In this document: one piece after another, positions 1 through 9,060 of the stretch
How the letters are laid out: every line of letters begins with the position of its first letter
Numbering within the stretch: the first letter of the stretch is position 1
NCBI GenBank assembly: GCA_963842945.1
Contig: CAWJIM010000019.1
Coordinates: forward strand, 480,001 to 544,000
DNA length: 64,000 bases
From: an uncultured Gemmatimonadales bacterium
GTDB taxonomy: Bacteria > Gemmatimonadota > Gemmatimonadetes > Gemmatimonadales > GWC2-71-9
Direction: 5' to 3'
Notes under the pieces: generated by a model
The model's input: the letters and a program-made list of their open reading frames with translations, nothing else
Databases searched by the model: none
Told to the model about the DNA's origin: nothing
Translations under genes and position numbers: made by a program

Positions 1-1586
1 TCACACTCGAATCCGACGGCTTGCAAGAGCTCTTCCAGCGAAACCTCGGGCCGCCTAGCGAGGTCGGCCAACCTAACCGGCTCCTTGAGAGCTGAAGAAC
101 CCAAGACACTTAAGGCCGGGTTGGCATCGCTGGGTGAGATCCACGCCCCATCGAGCCTTTCGAGGAGTGAGTTCTCCCGCTGGAGCCTGCGATGAGCCGA
201 TTCGAGCTCAGCGGGCCTTAGTGTTCCCAGGGTGCCGGCGTGAGGAAGCATCCGACGGAGAGCGTTGTCCTGCCGGAGTAACAACCGGTACTCGGAGCGA
301 GACGTGAACAGCCGGTAAGGCTCATCCACTCCCCGCGTGACCAGATCGTCGATCAGCACTCCGATGAATCCCGATTGTCGACCTACGACCAGAGGATCTA
401 GTCCAAGCGCGTGTGCTGCGGCATTGGCCCCTGCCACTGCCCCTTGGGCGGCGGCCTCCTCGTACCCAGTGGTTCCGTTCACTTGCCCAGCGAAGAACAA
501 GCCATCGATCCCCTTGACCTCAAGTGTCGGGCTGAGCTGGTTTGGTGGAAAATAGTCATACTCGATAGCGTATCCCGGCCTAGTCATCCGAACATGCTGC
601 AGACCCGGAACGGTCCGGAGGAAATCAAGCTGAATGTCAGGAGGTAGCGACGTGGACAGACCGTTGACGTACATCTCAGTGGTGTCCAGTCCCTCCGGTT
701 CAAGGAACACTTGGTGACGATCCACTTCGGGGAACTTGACGATCTTGTCTTCTATTGAAGGGCAGTACCTCGGACCTCTGCTGGCAATGGCGCCACCGTA
801 GAGGGCAGACTGGGCGAGATGCCGCTGGACGATATCCTTGAGCTCGCCGCCAGTATGAGTAAGGAAACAGGGACGCTGCTCGGGCCTTGGTGTACGCTCA
901 TAGTGTGAAAACCAATAGGGCTCTGGATCGCCGTCTTGGCGCTGGGTTTTGGTGAACTGCACCGTCCGACCATCGATCCGAGGTGGCGTTCCAGTTTTAA
1001 ACCTTCTAGCCTCAAGTCCAAGTTCAGCAAGAGCTTCCGCTAACGCCACTGATGGCGGGTCCCCCGCTCTCCCGCCGGGAATAGCGGTATGCGTACCCCG
1101 GTGAATCTGCCCTCTAAGGAAAGTTCCGGCCGTAACGACAATACTCCTGGCGACCACGCGAGGACCCTCCACTGTCTCGACACTGATAGTGCCACCACCA
1201 GTGTCGACCTCCAACTTGGTCACCGTACCCTGGCGGAGATCGAGCAGTGGCTCCCTTTCAAGAAGGAACCGGACAGCGCGCCGGTACAGGCTTCGATCAC
1301 ACTGAGCCCGAGGTGACCAGACAGCGGGGCCTTTCGAGCGGTTGAGCATTCGGAACTGGATGCAGGCCTTGTCGGTGGCTCTCCCCATTACCCCACCCAG
1401 GGCGTCGATCTCACGCACGATCGTACCCTTGGCAATTCCGCCGATAGCGGGATTGCAGGACATTTGGCCGATCGTTTCGAGATTCTGAGTGAGCAGGAGG
1501 GTCCGCGCCCCACGGCGCGCAGCCAGCGCGGCGGCCTCGCTTCCTGCGTGACCGCCCCCGATCACCACGACGTCGTAGTGGTCCAT
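1..1586 (-). CDS. mnmG: tRNA uridine-5-carboxymethylaminomethyl(34) synthesis enzyme MnmG/GidA (runs off window start)
   Basis: Manual translation from ATG at 1586: MDHYDVVVIGGGHAGSEAA...MSCNPAIGGIAKG...FRMLNRSKGPAVWSPRAQCD. Still in frame at the window edge; absent from the ORF track because it has no stop in the window. Confidence 0.95.
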   Translation of the reverse strand, partial: MDHYDVVVIGGGHAGSEAAALAARRGARTLLLTQNLETIGQMSCNPAIGGIAKGTIVREIDALGGVMGRATDKACIQFRMLNRSKGPAVWSPRAQCDRSLYRRAVRFLLEREPLLDLRQGTVTKLEVDTGGGTISVETVEGPRVVARSIVVTAGTFLRGQIHRGTHTAIPGGRAGDPPSVALAEALAELGLEARRFKTGTPPRIDGRTVQFTKTQRQDGDPEPYWFSHYERTPRPEQRPCFLTHTGGELKDIVQRHLAQSALYGGAIASRGPRYCPSIEDKIVKFPEVDRHQVFLEPEGLDTTEMYVNGLSTSLPPDIQLDFLRTVPGLQHVRMTRPGYAIEYDYFPPNQLSPTLEVKGIDGLFFAGQVNGTTGYEEAAAQGAVAGANAAAHALGLDPLVVGRQSGFIGVLIDDLVTRGVDEPYRLFTSRSEYRLLLRQDNALRRMLPHAGTLGTLRPAELESAHRRLQRENSLLERLDGAWISPSDANPALSVLGSSALKEPVRLADLARRPEVSLEELLQAVGFEC

Positions 1587-1593
1587 TGGATCC

Positions 1594-1887
1594 CTAGCTC
1601 GAGCGAGCCTGCTCCCAATTACCGAGCTGGGAAATACGGGCAACCTGGTTGGTTGGAACAACTACATGGCGCTGCTCGCCGCGCACTCCGAACTTGGAGC
1701 TCCGTTGGATGTACTCCTCCTTAGCCATGGCAGAGTGTGCGTCGTGTACTCCAACATCGAGCAGATGCACTCCCGCACTGTCCTCACGATCATACCGACC
1801 CACGTATGTCAGAGCCCCGGCGGTCTCCACCACGACCGTCATTCCGTGCAACGCGGAGTGGCCAGGGTGGAATACGTGTCCCGACAC
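1594..1887 (-). CDS. Small hypothetical protein, possible Sm/LSm-like fold
   Basis: 97-aa ORF packed tightly between brxA-like and mnmG; beta-strand pattern VVVET...YVGRYD...VHLLDV. Confidence 0.7.
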   Translation of the reverse strand: MSGHVFHPGHSALHGMTVVVETAGALTYVGRYDREDSAGVHLLDVGVHDAHSAMAKEEYIQRSSKFGVRGEQRHVVVPTNQVARISQLGNWEQARSS

Positions 1888-1891
1888 GGAG

Positions 1892-2320
1892 CTATACCGC
1901 CGCGCCGCAGAATTTATCGAACGCGCTGGTCAAATCGGCGGCGATTGCCTGAGGTGAGCGCCCCTCGATTTGATGACGGTGCACGAAATGCACTACGTCT
2001 CCATCGCGGAGCAGCGCCATCGAGGGGCTGCTGGGCTGATAATCAGCGAAGTACTGGCGAGCGCGGGCTACCGCCTCCAGATCCTGGCCGGCAAATACGG
2101 TGACCACTTGCTGGGGCACAACAGGATGCTTGAGCGCGAGCGCCAGAGCCGGTCTCGCGTTGCCGGCGGCACAACCGCAGACGGAATTGACGAATACCAG
2201 CATGGATCCGCGTTGATCTCCCAACGCAGCATCCACTTCAACAGCTGTAGTGAGCTCGCGAGCACCCAGGCGGGTAACCTCGGTGCGCATCGGAGCTACC
2301 AAAGCAGGATTATACGGCAT
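1892..2320 (-). CDS. BrxA/BrxB family bacilliredoxin
   Basis: MPYNPALVAPMR start and VNSVCGCAAGNARP motif; PSSPSMALL; RHQIEGR. Confidence 0.9.
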   Translation of the reverse strand: MPYNPALVAPMRTEVTRLGARELTTAVEVDAALGDQRGSMLVFVNSVCGCAAGNARPALALALKHPVVPQQVVTVFAGQDLEAVARARQYFADYQPSSPSMALLRDGDVVHFVHRHQIEGRSPQAIAADLTSAFDKFCGAAV

Positions 2321-2334
2321 GACTATCCCTTGTG

Positions 2335-2784
2335 TTATTCGGTTGATACCACAGCCTCGGGCCGATCCAATGCGGCGCGGAGCGCGTGCCATGACAGGCC
2401 GGCGCACTTGACCCGAACCGGATACTCGGCCACTCCCGCAAACGCCACCAGTTTCCCCAGTGCCCGCTGTTGATCTGGTTGGAGAGTACCTGTGATCAGC
2501 CGCCGGAACTGCTCAAACAGATCTTCTGCCTCGGCCTTGCGCTTGCCTTTGACGGCCACGGTCATGAGAGATGCCGATGCTTTCGAAATCGCACATCCCG
2601 AACCTTGGAAGGCGACGTCTTCGATGAGATCACCTTCCATCCGTAGCCAAACCGTGAGTTTGTCGCCACAAAGCGGATTATGCCCTTCCGCTTTCCGGTT
2701 GGCGTTCTCGATCTCCCGGTAATTCCGCGGCGTCCGATTGTGATCCAGAATGAGATCCTGATATAGCGTGACCAGGGTCCCCAT
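2335..2784 (-). CDS. sufU: SUF system NifU-family Fe-S assembly protein SufU
   Basis: LYQDLILDH, NPLCGD, GSGCAISKASAS, RVKCA motifs; follows sufS. Confidence 0.92.
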   Translation of the reverse strand: MGTLVTLYQDLILDHNRTPRNYREIENANRKAEGHNPLCGDKLTVWLRMEGDLIEDVAFQGSGCAISKASASLMTVAVKGKRKAEAEDLFEQFRRLITGTLQPDQQRALGKLVAFAGVAEYPVRVKCAGLSWHALRAALDRPEAVVSTE

Positions 2785-4068
2785 CAGGCAAACATCCTCG
2801 AGACGTTTTTCAGGCCCACAGCCAGTGCGTCGACCTCGGCCTTGGTGTTGTACAAGGCGAAGGAGGCGCGTGCGGTGGCTGCGACACCAAAGTGGCGCAT
2901 CAACGGCTGAGTGCAGTGGTGTCCCGCCCTGATCGCGATTCCCTCGGCATCGAGGATGGTTCCGATATCGTGGGGGTGGACGTCCTTGAGCACAAACGAC
3001 AGCACGCCCGCCTTATCGGGAGCGGTGCCGATGATCCGACATCCCGGAATGCCGCTCAGCAGCTCGGTGGCATGAGCAAGCAGTTGCTGCTCCCAGCGCG
3101 CGATGGACTCACGCCCTACACCATTCACGTAATCGAGGGCCGCCCCGAGCCCTATTGCCTGGGCGATCATGGGCGTGCCCGCCTCGAACTTGGCAGGAAG
3201 AGGAGCCCAGGTCGACCGCTCGATAGTGACTGTCTCGATCATGCCGCCGCCACCCTGATACGGGGGCATCAGCTCGAGCAGCGCCTCGCGGCCGTACAAC
3301 ACGCCAATACCGGTTGGGCCGTACAGCTTGTGCCCGGAGAAGGCCAGGAAGTCGCAGTCCAGATCCTGCACGTCGACCGGCAGATGGGGAACCGATTGCG
3401 CCGCGTCCACCAGCACAGGGATGTTCCGCTCGCGAGCCCAGCTCGTGATTTGCTCTGATGGGATTAATGGTTCCCAGCGCGTTGGAGAGATGGACCAGCG
3501 CAATAAACCGTGTACGGTCGTTCAGGAGCCGAGAGAACTGATCGAGATCAAGCTCCCCGTCCTGGGTGAGGGGGACAGCACGGAGAACGGCCCCGGTTTG
3601 CTCACACAGCAGCTGCCAGGGCACGATATTCGAGTGGTGCTCCATCCCGGTGATGAGCACCTCGTCACCTGACCCGAGAAAACGCCTGCCATAGCTCTGA
3701 GCGACGAGATTGATGGCATCGGTGGTGCCCCGGGTGAAGATCACCTCGTGCGGCGCCCGGGCATTGATGAACTGGGCGACTTTGACCCGTACTGCTTCGA
3801 AGGCGGCGCTGGCCTGACCGCTCAAATAGTGCACACCACGGTGGATGTTGGCGTTCTCCCGGCTGTAAAACCGGAGAACTGCTTCGATGACTGCGTGAGG
3901 CTTCTGGGTGGTGGCTGCGTTGTCGAGATATACCAGCGGGCGCCCATGTATCTGCTCTTGCAGAATGGGAAAGTCCTGCCTGACTCTCTCGACATCGAGC
4001 GGTGGGCGCGGTGCAAGGTGCAGTTCCGCATTTCCGACGATCCGGTCAGAAACCGTGGTTCCGCTCAC
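2784..4068 (-). CDS. sufS: Cysteine desulfurase SufS (one apparent frameshift near 3457)
   Basis: YLDNAATTQKP in ORF 3109-4068; FSGHKLYGPTG and RAGHHC in ORF 2784-3503. Confidence 0.92.
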
Positions 4069-5366
4069 CGGGCCCCCAGACGCTCGCGCACGAGTCCCTC
4101 CAGCTCTTCCCGCACCGGCTCCAGGCTCACCTCGGCAATGACCTCAGCGGCAAAGGCATAGGTCAAAAGCCGCTGTGCTTCCGCAGCAGGAATTCCGCGG
4201 CTGCGAGAGTAAAACAGGGCGAGGTCGTCGAGTCGTCCGACGGTGGCACCGTGAGTGCACTTGACGTCGTCCGCGAAGATCTCCAGCTGGGGCTTGGTGT
4301 CGACCCTGGCGCCATCACTCAGAAGCAGGTTCCGATTGGTCTGTTTGGCGTCGGTCTTCTGGGCCTCGGGCTTTACGAACACCTTCCCGTTGAACACGCC
4401 GCGGGAACGTCCATCCAACACACCCTTATAGACCTCCCAGCTCCGACAGTTGGGTTGGTCGTGGTATATGGCGGTATGATTGTCCACCAACTGCTCGCCG
4501 CGGGTGAGGTAGAGCCCATACAGCAGTGTCTCCACGTTCTCGTCATTCAGGCGAGCATGCAGATTGTGCCGCGCAATGGCCCCACCGATAGCCATGGAGA
4601 ATGAGCGATAGTGGCTGTCTCTCTGCTGGTCGACGTGGGTCAGGCCGATGTGGTAGGCCTGCTCGCTCTCGCGCTGGATCCGGGTGTGTTCCAGCCAGGC
4701 GTTTTCGCCCAGCGAGACTTCGGTAACCGGGTTGGTCCAGTAGGAGCTATCAGGGCTCAGGGTGACATAGCTCTCCACCACAGCAGCCCGGGCTCCGCGT
4801 TCGACCACAACGAGATTTCTGGGATGAACCACGCTGCCGGCCGCCTCCGGCGTCGTCACGAACAGCAGGTGAATGGGGCGCAGGAGCTCGGCGCCTGCCC
4901 TGACATGAACCAGTCCTCCGTCCCTTATCATGGCGGTGTTCAAGGCGACAAAAGGACTCGCTTCGATTGGCGCGTGGCGGCCCAAATGTGATTGCAAAAC
5001 CGCCCCGTCGGCTCGAAGCGCTTCTGCCAGACTAGTGACCCGGACTCCCGGAATGCTGAAGGCCGTGCTCAGGTCTTCGCGATAGGATCCGTTCACGAAG
5101 ACGAGAGTACTCCAATCCGGATGGCCAAACTCAAACCGCTTGAGCTCGTCCTGCGTGATTGCGGCTGTTTGCGGGGCCGGGCGCCATGAGTTCTGGGCGA
5201 TGGGTCCGATTGGCGTGAAGCGCCACTCTTCGTCGCGCGAAGTGGGAAATCCCGTGCGGGCAAAACGGTCCAACGCCGCGCGGCAGACCGGCTCCAGCCA
5301 ATCGGGCAGTTCCGCTGTTCCGCTGGCGCTGTGCATCCCAATCTCCTGCAATGTGGCGGAGCTCAC
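4065..5366 (-). CDS. sufD: Fe-S cluster assembly protein SufD
   Basis: GVFNGKVFV, AQKTDAKQTNRNLLLS, KPQLEIFADDVKCTHGAT; GTG start overlaps the sufC stop. Confidence 0.95.
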   Translation of the reverse strand: MSSATLQEIGMHSASGTAELPDWLEPVCRAALDRFARTGFPTSRDEEWRFTPIGPIAQNSWRPAPQTAAITQDELKRFEFGHPDWSTLVFVNGSYREDLSTAFSIPGVRVTSLAEALRADGAVLQSHLGRHAPIEASPFVALNTAMIRDGGLVHVRAGAELLRPIHLLFVTTPEAAGSVVHPRNLVVVERGARAAVVESYVTLSPDSSYWTNPVTEVSLGENAWLEHTRIQRESEQAYHIGLTHVDQQRDSHYRSFSMAIGGAIARHNLHARLNDENVETLLYGLYLTRGEQLVDNHTAIYHDQPNCRSWEVYKGVLDGRSRGVFNGKVFVKPEAQKTDAKQTNRNLLLSDGARVDTKPQLEIFADDVKCTHGATVGRLDDLALFYSRSRGIPAAEAQRLLTYAFAAEVIAEVSLEPVREELEGLVRERLGAR

Positions 5367-6130
5367 GACGCCAGCGCCTCGTCCTCGAGCCACTCGTATC
5401 CTCGCTCCTCCAGCTCCAGTGCCAGCTCCTTGCCTCCGGACCTGACGATGCGTCCGGCCGAGAGCACATGAACGTGGTCGGGAACGATGTAGTTGAGAAG
5501 CCGCTGATAATGGGTAACCAGCACGGTCGCGTTATCGGGACGGCGCAAGGCATTCACCCCGCCGGCGACGATCCGCAAGGCGTCGATATCGAGTCCTGAG
5601 TCTGTCTCATCCAGAACCGCGAGCCGGGGCTGCAGCACCGCCATCTGTAAAATCTCGTTCCGCTTCTTCTCTCCGCCCGAGAACCCCGAGTTCACAGCCC
5701 GACTCATGATCTCCGGGCCCCATTCAACAACCTTGAGCTTCTCCTCCAGCAGGTCGAGAAAGTCCATCGAGTCAACCTCTTCGAGACCGCGCGCCTTCTG
5801 GATCTCGTTGTAGGCGGCTCGGAGAAAGTAGGCGTTGCTGACGCCAGGGATCTCTACCGGATACTGGAAGGCCAGGAAGACTCCCGCCTGGGCGCGCTCT
5901 TCCGGCTCCATGTCCAGCAGGTTCTGCCCCTGATAGAGAATTTCACCCGCAGTGACCTGGTAGGCGGGATGACCGGCAATGACTTGGGCCAAGGTGCTCT
6001 TTCCGGAACCATTCGGACCCATGACCGCGTGCACTTCGCCCAGGTGGACACGCAGATCAATGCCCCGGAGGATCTCCTTGTCTCCCGCGTTGGCACGAAG
6101 CCCTTTGACTTCAAGCAGTGGCGTCGTCAT
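5363..6130 (-). CDS. sufC: Fe-S cluster assembly ATPase SufC
   Basis: GPNGSGKST, FSGGEKKRNE, LDETDSGLDIDAL; TAATG overlap with sufB. Confidence 0.96.
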   Translation of the reverse strand: MTTPLLEVKGLRANAGDKEILRGIDLRVHLGEVHAVMGPNGSGKSTLAQVIAGHPAYQVTAGEILYQGQNLLDMEPEERAQAGVFLAFQYPVEIPGVSNAYFLRAAYNEIQKARGLEEVDSMDFLDLLEEKLKVVEWGPEIMSRAVNSGFSGGEKKRNEILQMAVLQPRLAVLDETDSGLDIDALRIVAGGVNALRRPDNATVLVTHYQRLLNYIVPDHVHVLSAGRIVRSGGKELALELEERGYEWLEDEALAS

Positions 6131-7569
6131 TAGCCCACACTTCCTTCCAGGCTCACGCCGAGGAGTTTCTGCGCCTCGACCGCGAACTCCATGGGGAGCT
6201 CCTTGAATACCTCTTTGCAGAACCCATTTACGATCATCGAGATGGCGTTCTCGGTGTTGAGTCCCCGCTGCTTCAGATAGAAGATCTGGTCCTCGCCGAT
6301 CTTGGAGGTTGAAGCTTCGTGCTCGACGGCAGCGGTGGAGTTCTGGACCTCGATATAGGGGAAGGTATGGGCGCCGCAGCGATTCCCGATGAGCATCGAG
6401 TCGCACTGGGTGTAATTGCGGGCACCGGCTGCCTTGGGCAGCACCTTGACCAGACCCCGGTAGCTGTTTTGGCCCCGGCCCGCGGAAATGCCCTTCGACA
6501 CGATCGTGCTGCGCGTGTTCTTTCCCATATGGATCATCTTGGTTCCCGTATCCGCCTGTTGCTTGCCGTTCACCACGGCCACCGAGTAGAACTCGCCAAC
6601 AGAGTTGTCTCCCTGGAGAATGACGCTGGGATACTTCCAGGTGATGGCCGATCCGGTCTCCACCTGGGTCCAGGAGATCTTGGAGTTGGCTCCGGCACAC
6701 TTCCCGCGCTTGGTCACGAAGTTATAGATCCCTCCGCGGCCTTCCTCGTCGCCGGCGTACCAGTTCTGCACAGTTGAGTACTTGATGCTGGCGCCTTCGA
6801 GGGCTACGAGCTCAACCACGGCCGCGTGCAGCTGGTTCTCGTCCCGGCGGGGGGCCGTACACCCCTCGAGATAACTGACCGAGGCTCCTTCTTCCGCAAT
6901 GATGAGCGTGCGCTCGAACTGACCCGTTTCCGCCGCATTGATCCGGAAATAGGTAGATAGCTCCATGGGGCATCGTACGCCCCGGGGGACAAAGACGAAC
7001 GATCCGTCGCTAAAGACCGCTGCGTTGAGCGCGGCAAAGAAATTGTCGCTCGCCGGCACCACGGAGCCGAGGTATTGCCGAACCAGCTCGGGATGCTCGC
7101 GCACTGCCTCGCCGAAGGAGCAGAAGATGATTCCCGCCTCGGCGAGCTTTGCTTTATAGGTGGTCCCGACGGAGACGCTGTCGAAAATGGCGTCGACCGC
7201 AACACCCGCCATCAGCTTCTGTTCCGAGAGAGGGATGCCCAGCTTCTGGTAGGTCTCCAGCAGCTTGGGGTCGACCTCATCCAGGCTTCCCAGCGGCTTC
7301 GTCGTTCTGGGCGCTGCGTAGTAGCGAAGCCCTTGGTAGTCCACCGGGTTGTATCTGATGTTGGGCCAGCTATGTGGCTCTGACATTTTCAACCAACCCC
7401 GGAACGCCTTCAACCGCCACGCGAGCAGCCATTCAGGCTCGCCCTTCTTGGCGGAGATCAGCCGGATGATGTCTTCATTCAGGCCGCGAGGAGCGACATC
7501 GGATTCGATATCGGTAACGAACCCATACTTGTACTCTCTGTTGACCAGCGTCTCGACCGGCGAGCTCAT
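6130..7569 (-). CDS. sufB: Fe-S cluster assembly protein SufB
   Basis: [47 protein letters not shown]. Confidence 0.97.
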   Translation of the reverse strand: MSSPVETLVNREYKYGFVTDIESDVAPRGLNEDIIRLISAKKGEPEWLLAWRLKAFRGWLKMSEPHSWPNIRYNPVDYQGLRYYAAPRTTKPLGSLDEVDPKLLETYQKLGIPLSEQKLMAGVAVDAIFDSVSVGTTYKAKLAEAGIIFCSFGEAVREHPELVRQYLGSVVPASDNFFAALNAAVFSDGSFVFVPRGVRCPMELSTYFRINAAETGQFERTLIIAEEGASVSYLEGCTAPRRDENQLHAAVVELVALEGASIKYSTVQNWYAGDEEGRGGIYNFVTKRGKCAGANSKISWTQVETGSAITWKYPSVILQGDNSVGEFYSVAVVNGKQQADTGTKMIHMGKNTRSTIVSKGISAGRGQNSYRGLVKVLPKAAGARNYTQCDSMLIGNRCGAHTFPYIEVQNSTAAVEHEASTSKIGEDQIFYLKQRGLNTENAISMIVNGFCKEVFKELPMEFAVEAQKLLGVSLEGSVG

Positions 7570-8240
7570 GCGTTGTCCTCCACGGGTGCCTTGGGACCTG
7601 CATAGCGCACCCGATACTCGCACGCCGTGCATCCATTGAGTATGTGTCGCTTCCGCTGAACATCGGCATTCAGGACCGTACTCAAAAACCTCGCCTCTGC
7701 AGCGCAGATTTCCGGGAACTGCTCCGCAACCGCCTGAACGGCGCAGTTGTGCTCCGTCAGCGTGTCCGGGGCAGCCTCAGCCATGTAACCCTCGACCGAC
7801 AACAAGCTGGCGATCTTTTCCAGCCGCTGATCTGGAGAGGAATCGGCGAGATCCGGCTGGACCCGTTCCGCCAGATTCGTGAAATGCGCATCAAGGAGGG
7901 CAACCGCCCGATCCCGCCCCTGTGTCCTCACCAGCTGCTGCAGCAGACCAAGCAGAAGGGTTTCGGAGCCTCGAGGAAATAGAGCCTCGCCCGCCTCGGC
8001 CAGGCGGTAGGCGAAGACCGGTGCACCTACGCCGCGCCGCTCGGTTCGGTACTCCACGAGTCCGTGCTGCCCCAGGTCTCTGAGGTGGTGCCGAACCGCG
8101 TTGAGAGACACACCGATCCTGGAGGCAAGTTCTTTGGTGGTAAGGGACTGCGTTTTCTTCAGCTGGAGCAGGATAGCGCCGCGAATTCCCCCCTGACCCG
8201 CAGGTAGGTCCGTAACTTTTTCTTGGCGCTGAGGTGACAT
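7566..8240 (-). CDS. SufR-like HTH transcriptional regulator with Cys motif
   Basis: N-terminal wHTH (AVRHHL..L...GLVE...GVGAP), HNCAV...EIC...GCTAC; first gene of the suf operon. Confidence 0.8.
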   Translation of the reverse strand: MSPQRQEKVTDLPAGQGGIRGAILLQLKKTQSLTTKELASRIGVSLNAVRHHLRDLGQHGLVEYRTERRGVGAPVFAYRLAEAGEALFPRGSETLLLGLLQQLVRTQGRDRAVALLDAHFTNLAERVQPDLADSSPDQRLEKIASLLSVEGYMAEAAPDTLTEHNCAVQAVAEQFPEICAAEARFLSTVLNADVQRKRHILNGCTACEYRVRYAGPKAPVEDNA

Positions 8241-8246
8241 GCCGGA

Positions 8247-8275
8247 ATCATAAGTAAAACAGTCGGAATTGTCAA
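8247..8275 (-). promoter_or_regulatory. Sigma70-type promoter of the suf operon
   Basis: Minus strand TTGACA (8275-8270)-N17-TATGAT (8252-8247), 6 nt before the ATG at 8240. Confidence 0.8.
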
Positions 8276-8477
8276 TTCACACTAAGAATTGGTGCGAATT
8301 GTATTGCACTACACGGCAATGAGTTACACCACTCCTCCGATGATTGTTCCGTTCCAGTTAGCCAGGCTCAAGTTGAGTAGTTGTTATTACAGCTACTAAA
8401 CCAGTCTGGCTCGCCTGCTCCCTCCGTCGCATATTCAGCTAAGTGAACTTTGGTTACCCCCTCATACGTTCTAAGCC

Positions 8478-9044
8478 ATGACCATCCACCGCATCCGTCT
8501 GCTCGGCGATCCAGTCCTGCGAACCCGCTGTGAGACCATTTCCCGCCCCCGCTCCACCGCTGTTCGAGTCATCATGGACGATATGCGGGAAACCCTGCGG
8601 GACTGGCAATCACGGTTTGCTGGAGGCCGCGGTATTGCGGCGCCGCAGATTGGCGCGCCGGTACGGATGGTGTACGTCGACATGGGTGAGCCCTGGCCTC
8701 TGATCAATCCCGAGATCATTGACATCGGCAACGAAGACTTTGACGTCTGGGACGACTGCTTTTCCTTTCCGAACTTGCTGGTCCGGGTGTCGCGGGCTTA
8801 CCGGATCAAGGTCCGGTATCAGGACTTGAAGGGAGACTGGGCAGAGGTGGAGGTGGAAGGAGACCGGGCGGAATTACTCCAGCACGAGATTGACCACCTG
8901 GACGGCGTACTTGCCGTGGACCGAGCCCAGGGTCTGGATCCTTTCTGCCTCCGGGAAGAGTGGCACCGGCAACATGGGATCCGGGGGCGCTACGGCCCAC
9001 CGGAGCCGAGATCGGCCAGCTACGCTACGCAGTTGGAAACGTGA
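8478..9044 (+). CDS. def: Peptide deformylase
   Basis: GIAAPQIG, INPEI, DDCFS (EGCLS variant), QHEIDHLDG. Confidence 0.88.
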   Translation: MTIHRIRLLGDPVLRTRCETISRPRSTAVRVIMDDMRETLRDWQSRFAGGRGIAAPQIGAPVRMVYVDMGEPWPLINPEIIDIGNEDFDVWDDCFSFPNLLVRVSRAYRIKVRYQDLKGDWAEVEVEGDRAELLQHEIDHLDGVLAVDRAQGLDPFCLREEWHRQHGIRGRYGPPEPRSASYATQLET

Positions 9045-9060
9045 TCCAATCGGCCTGTTT

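Noticed and set aside
1..1586. Visually lower GC in mnmG suggesting horizontal transfer
   Set aside because: Not quantified, and no mobility signatures; needs a GC3 and phylogeny test.
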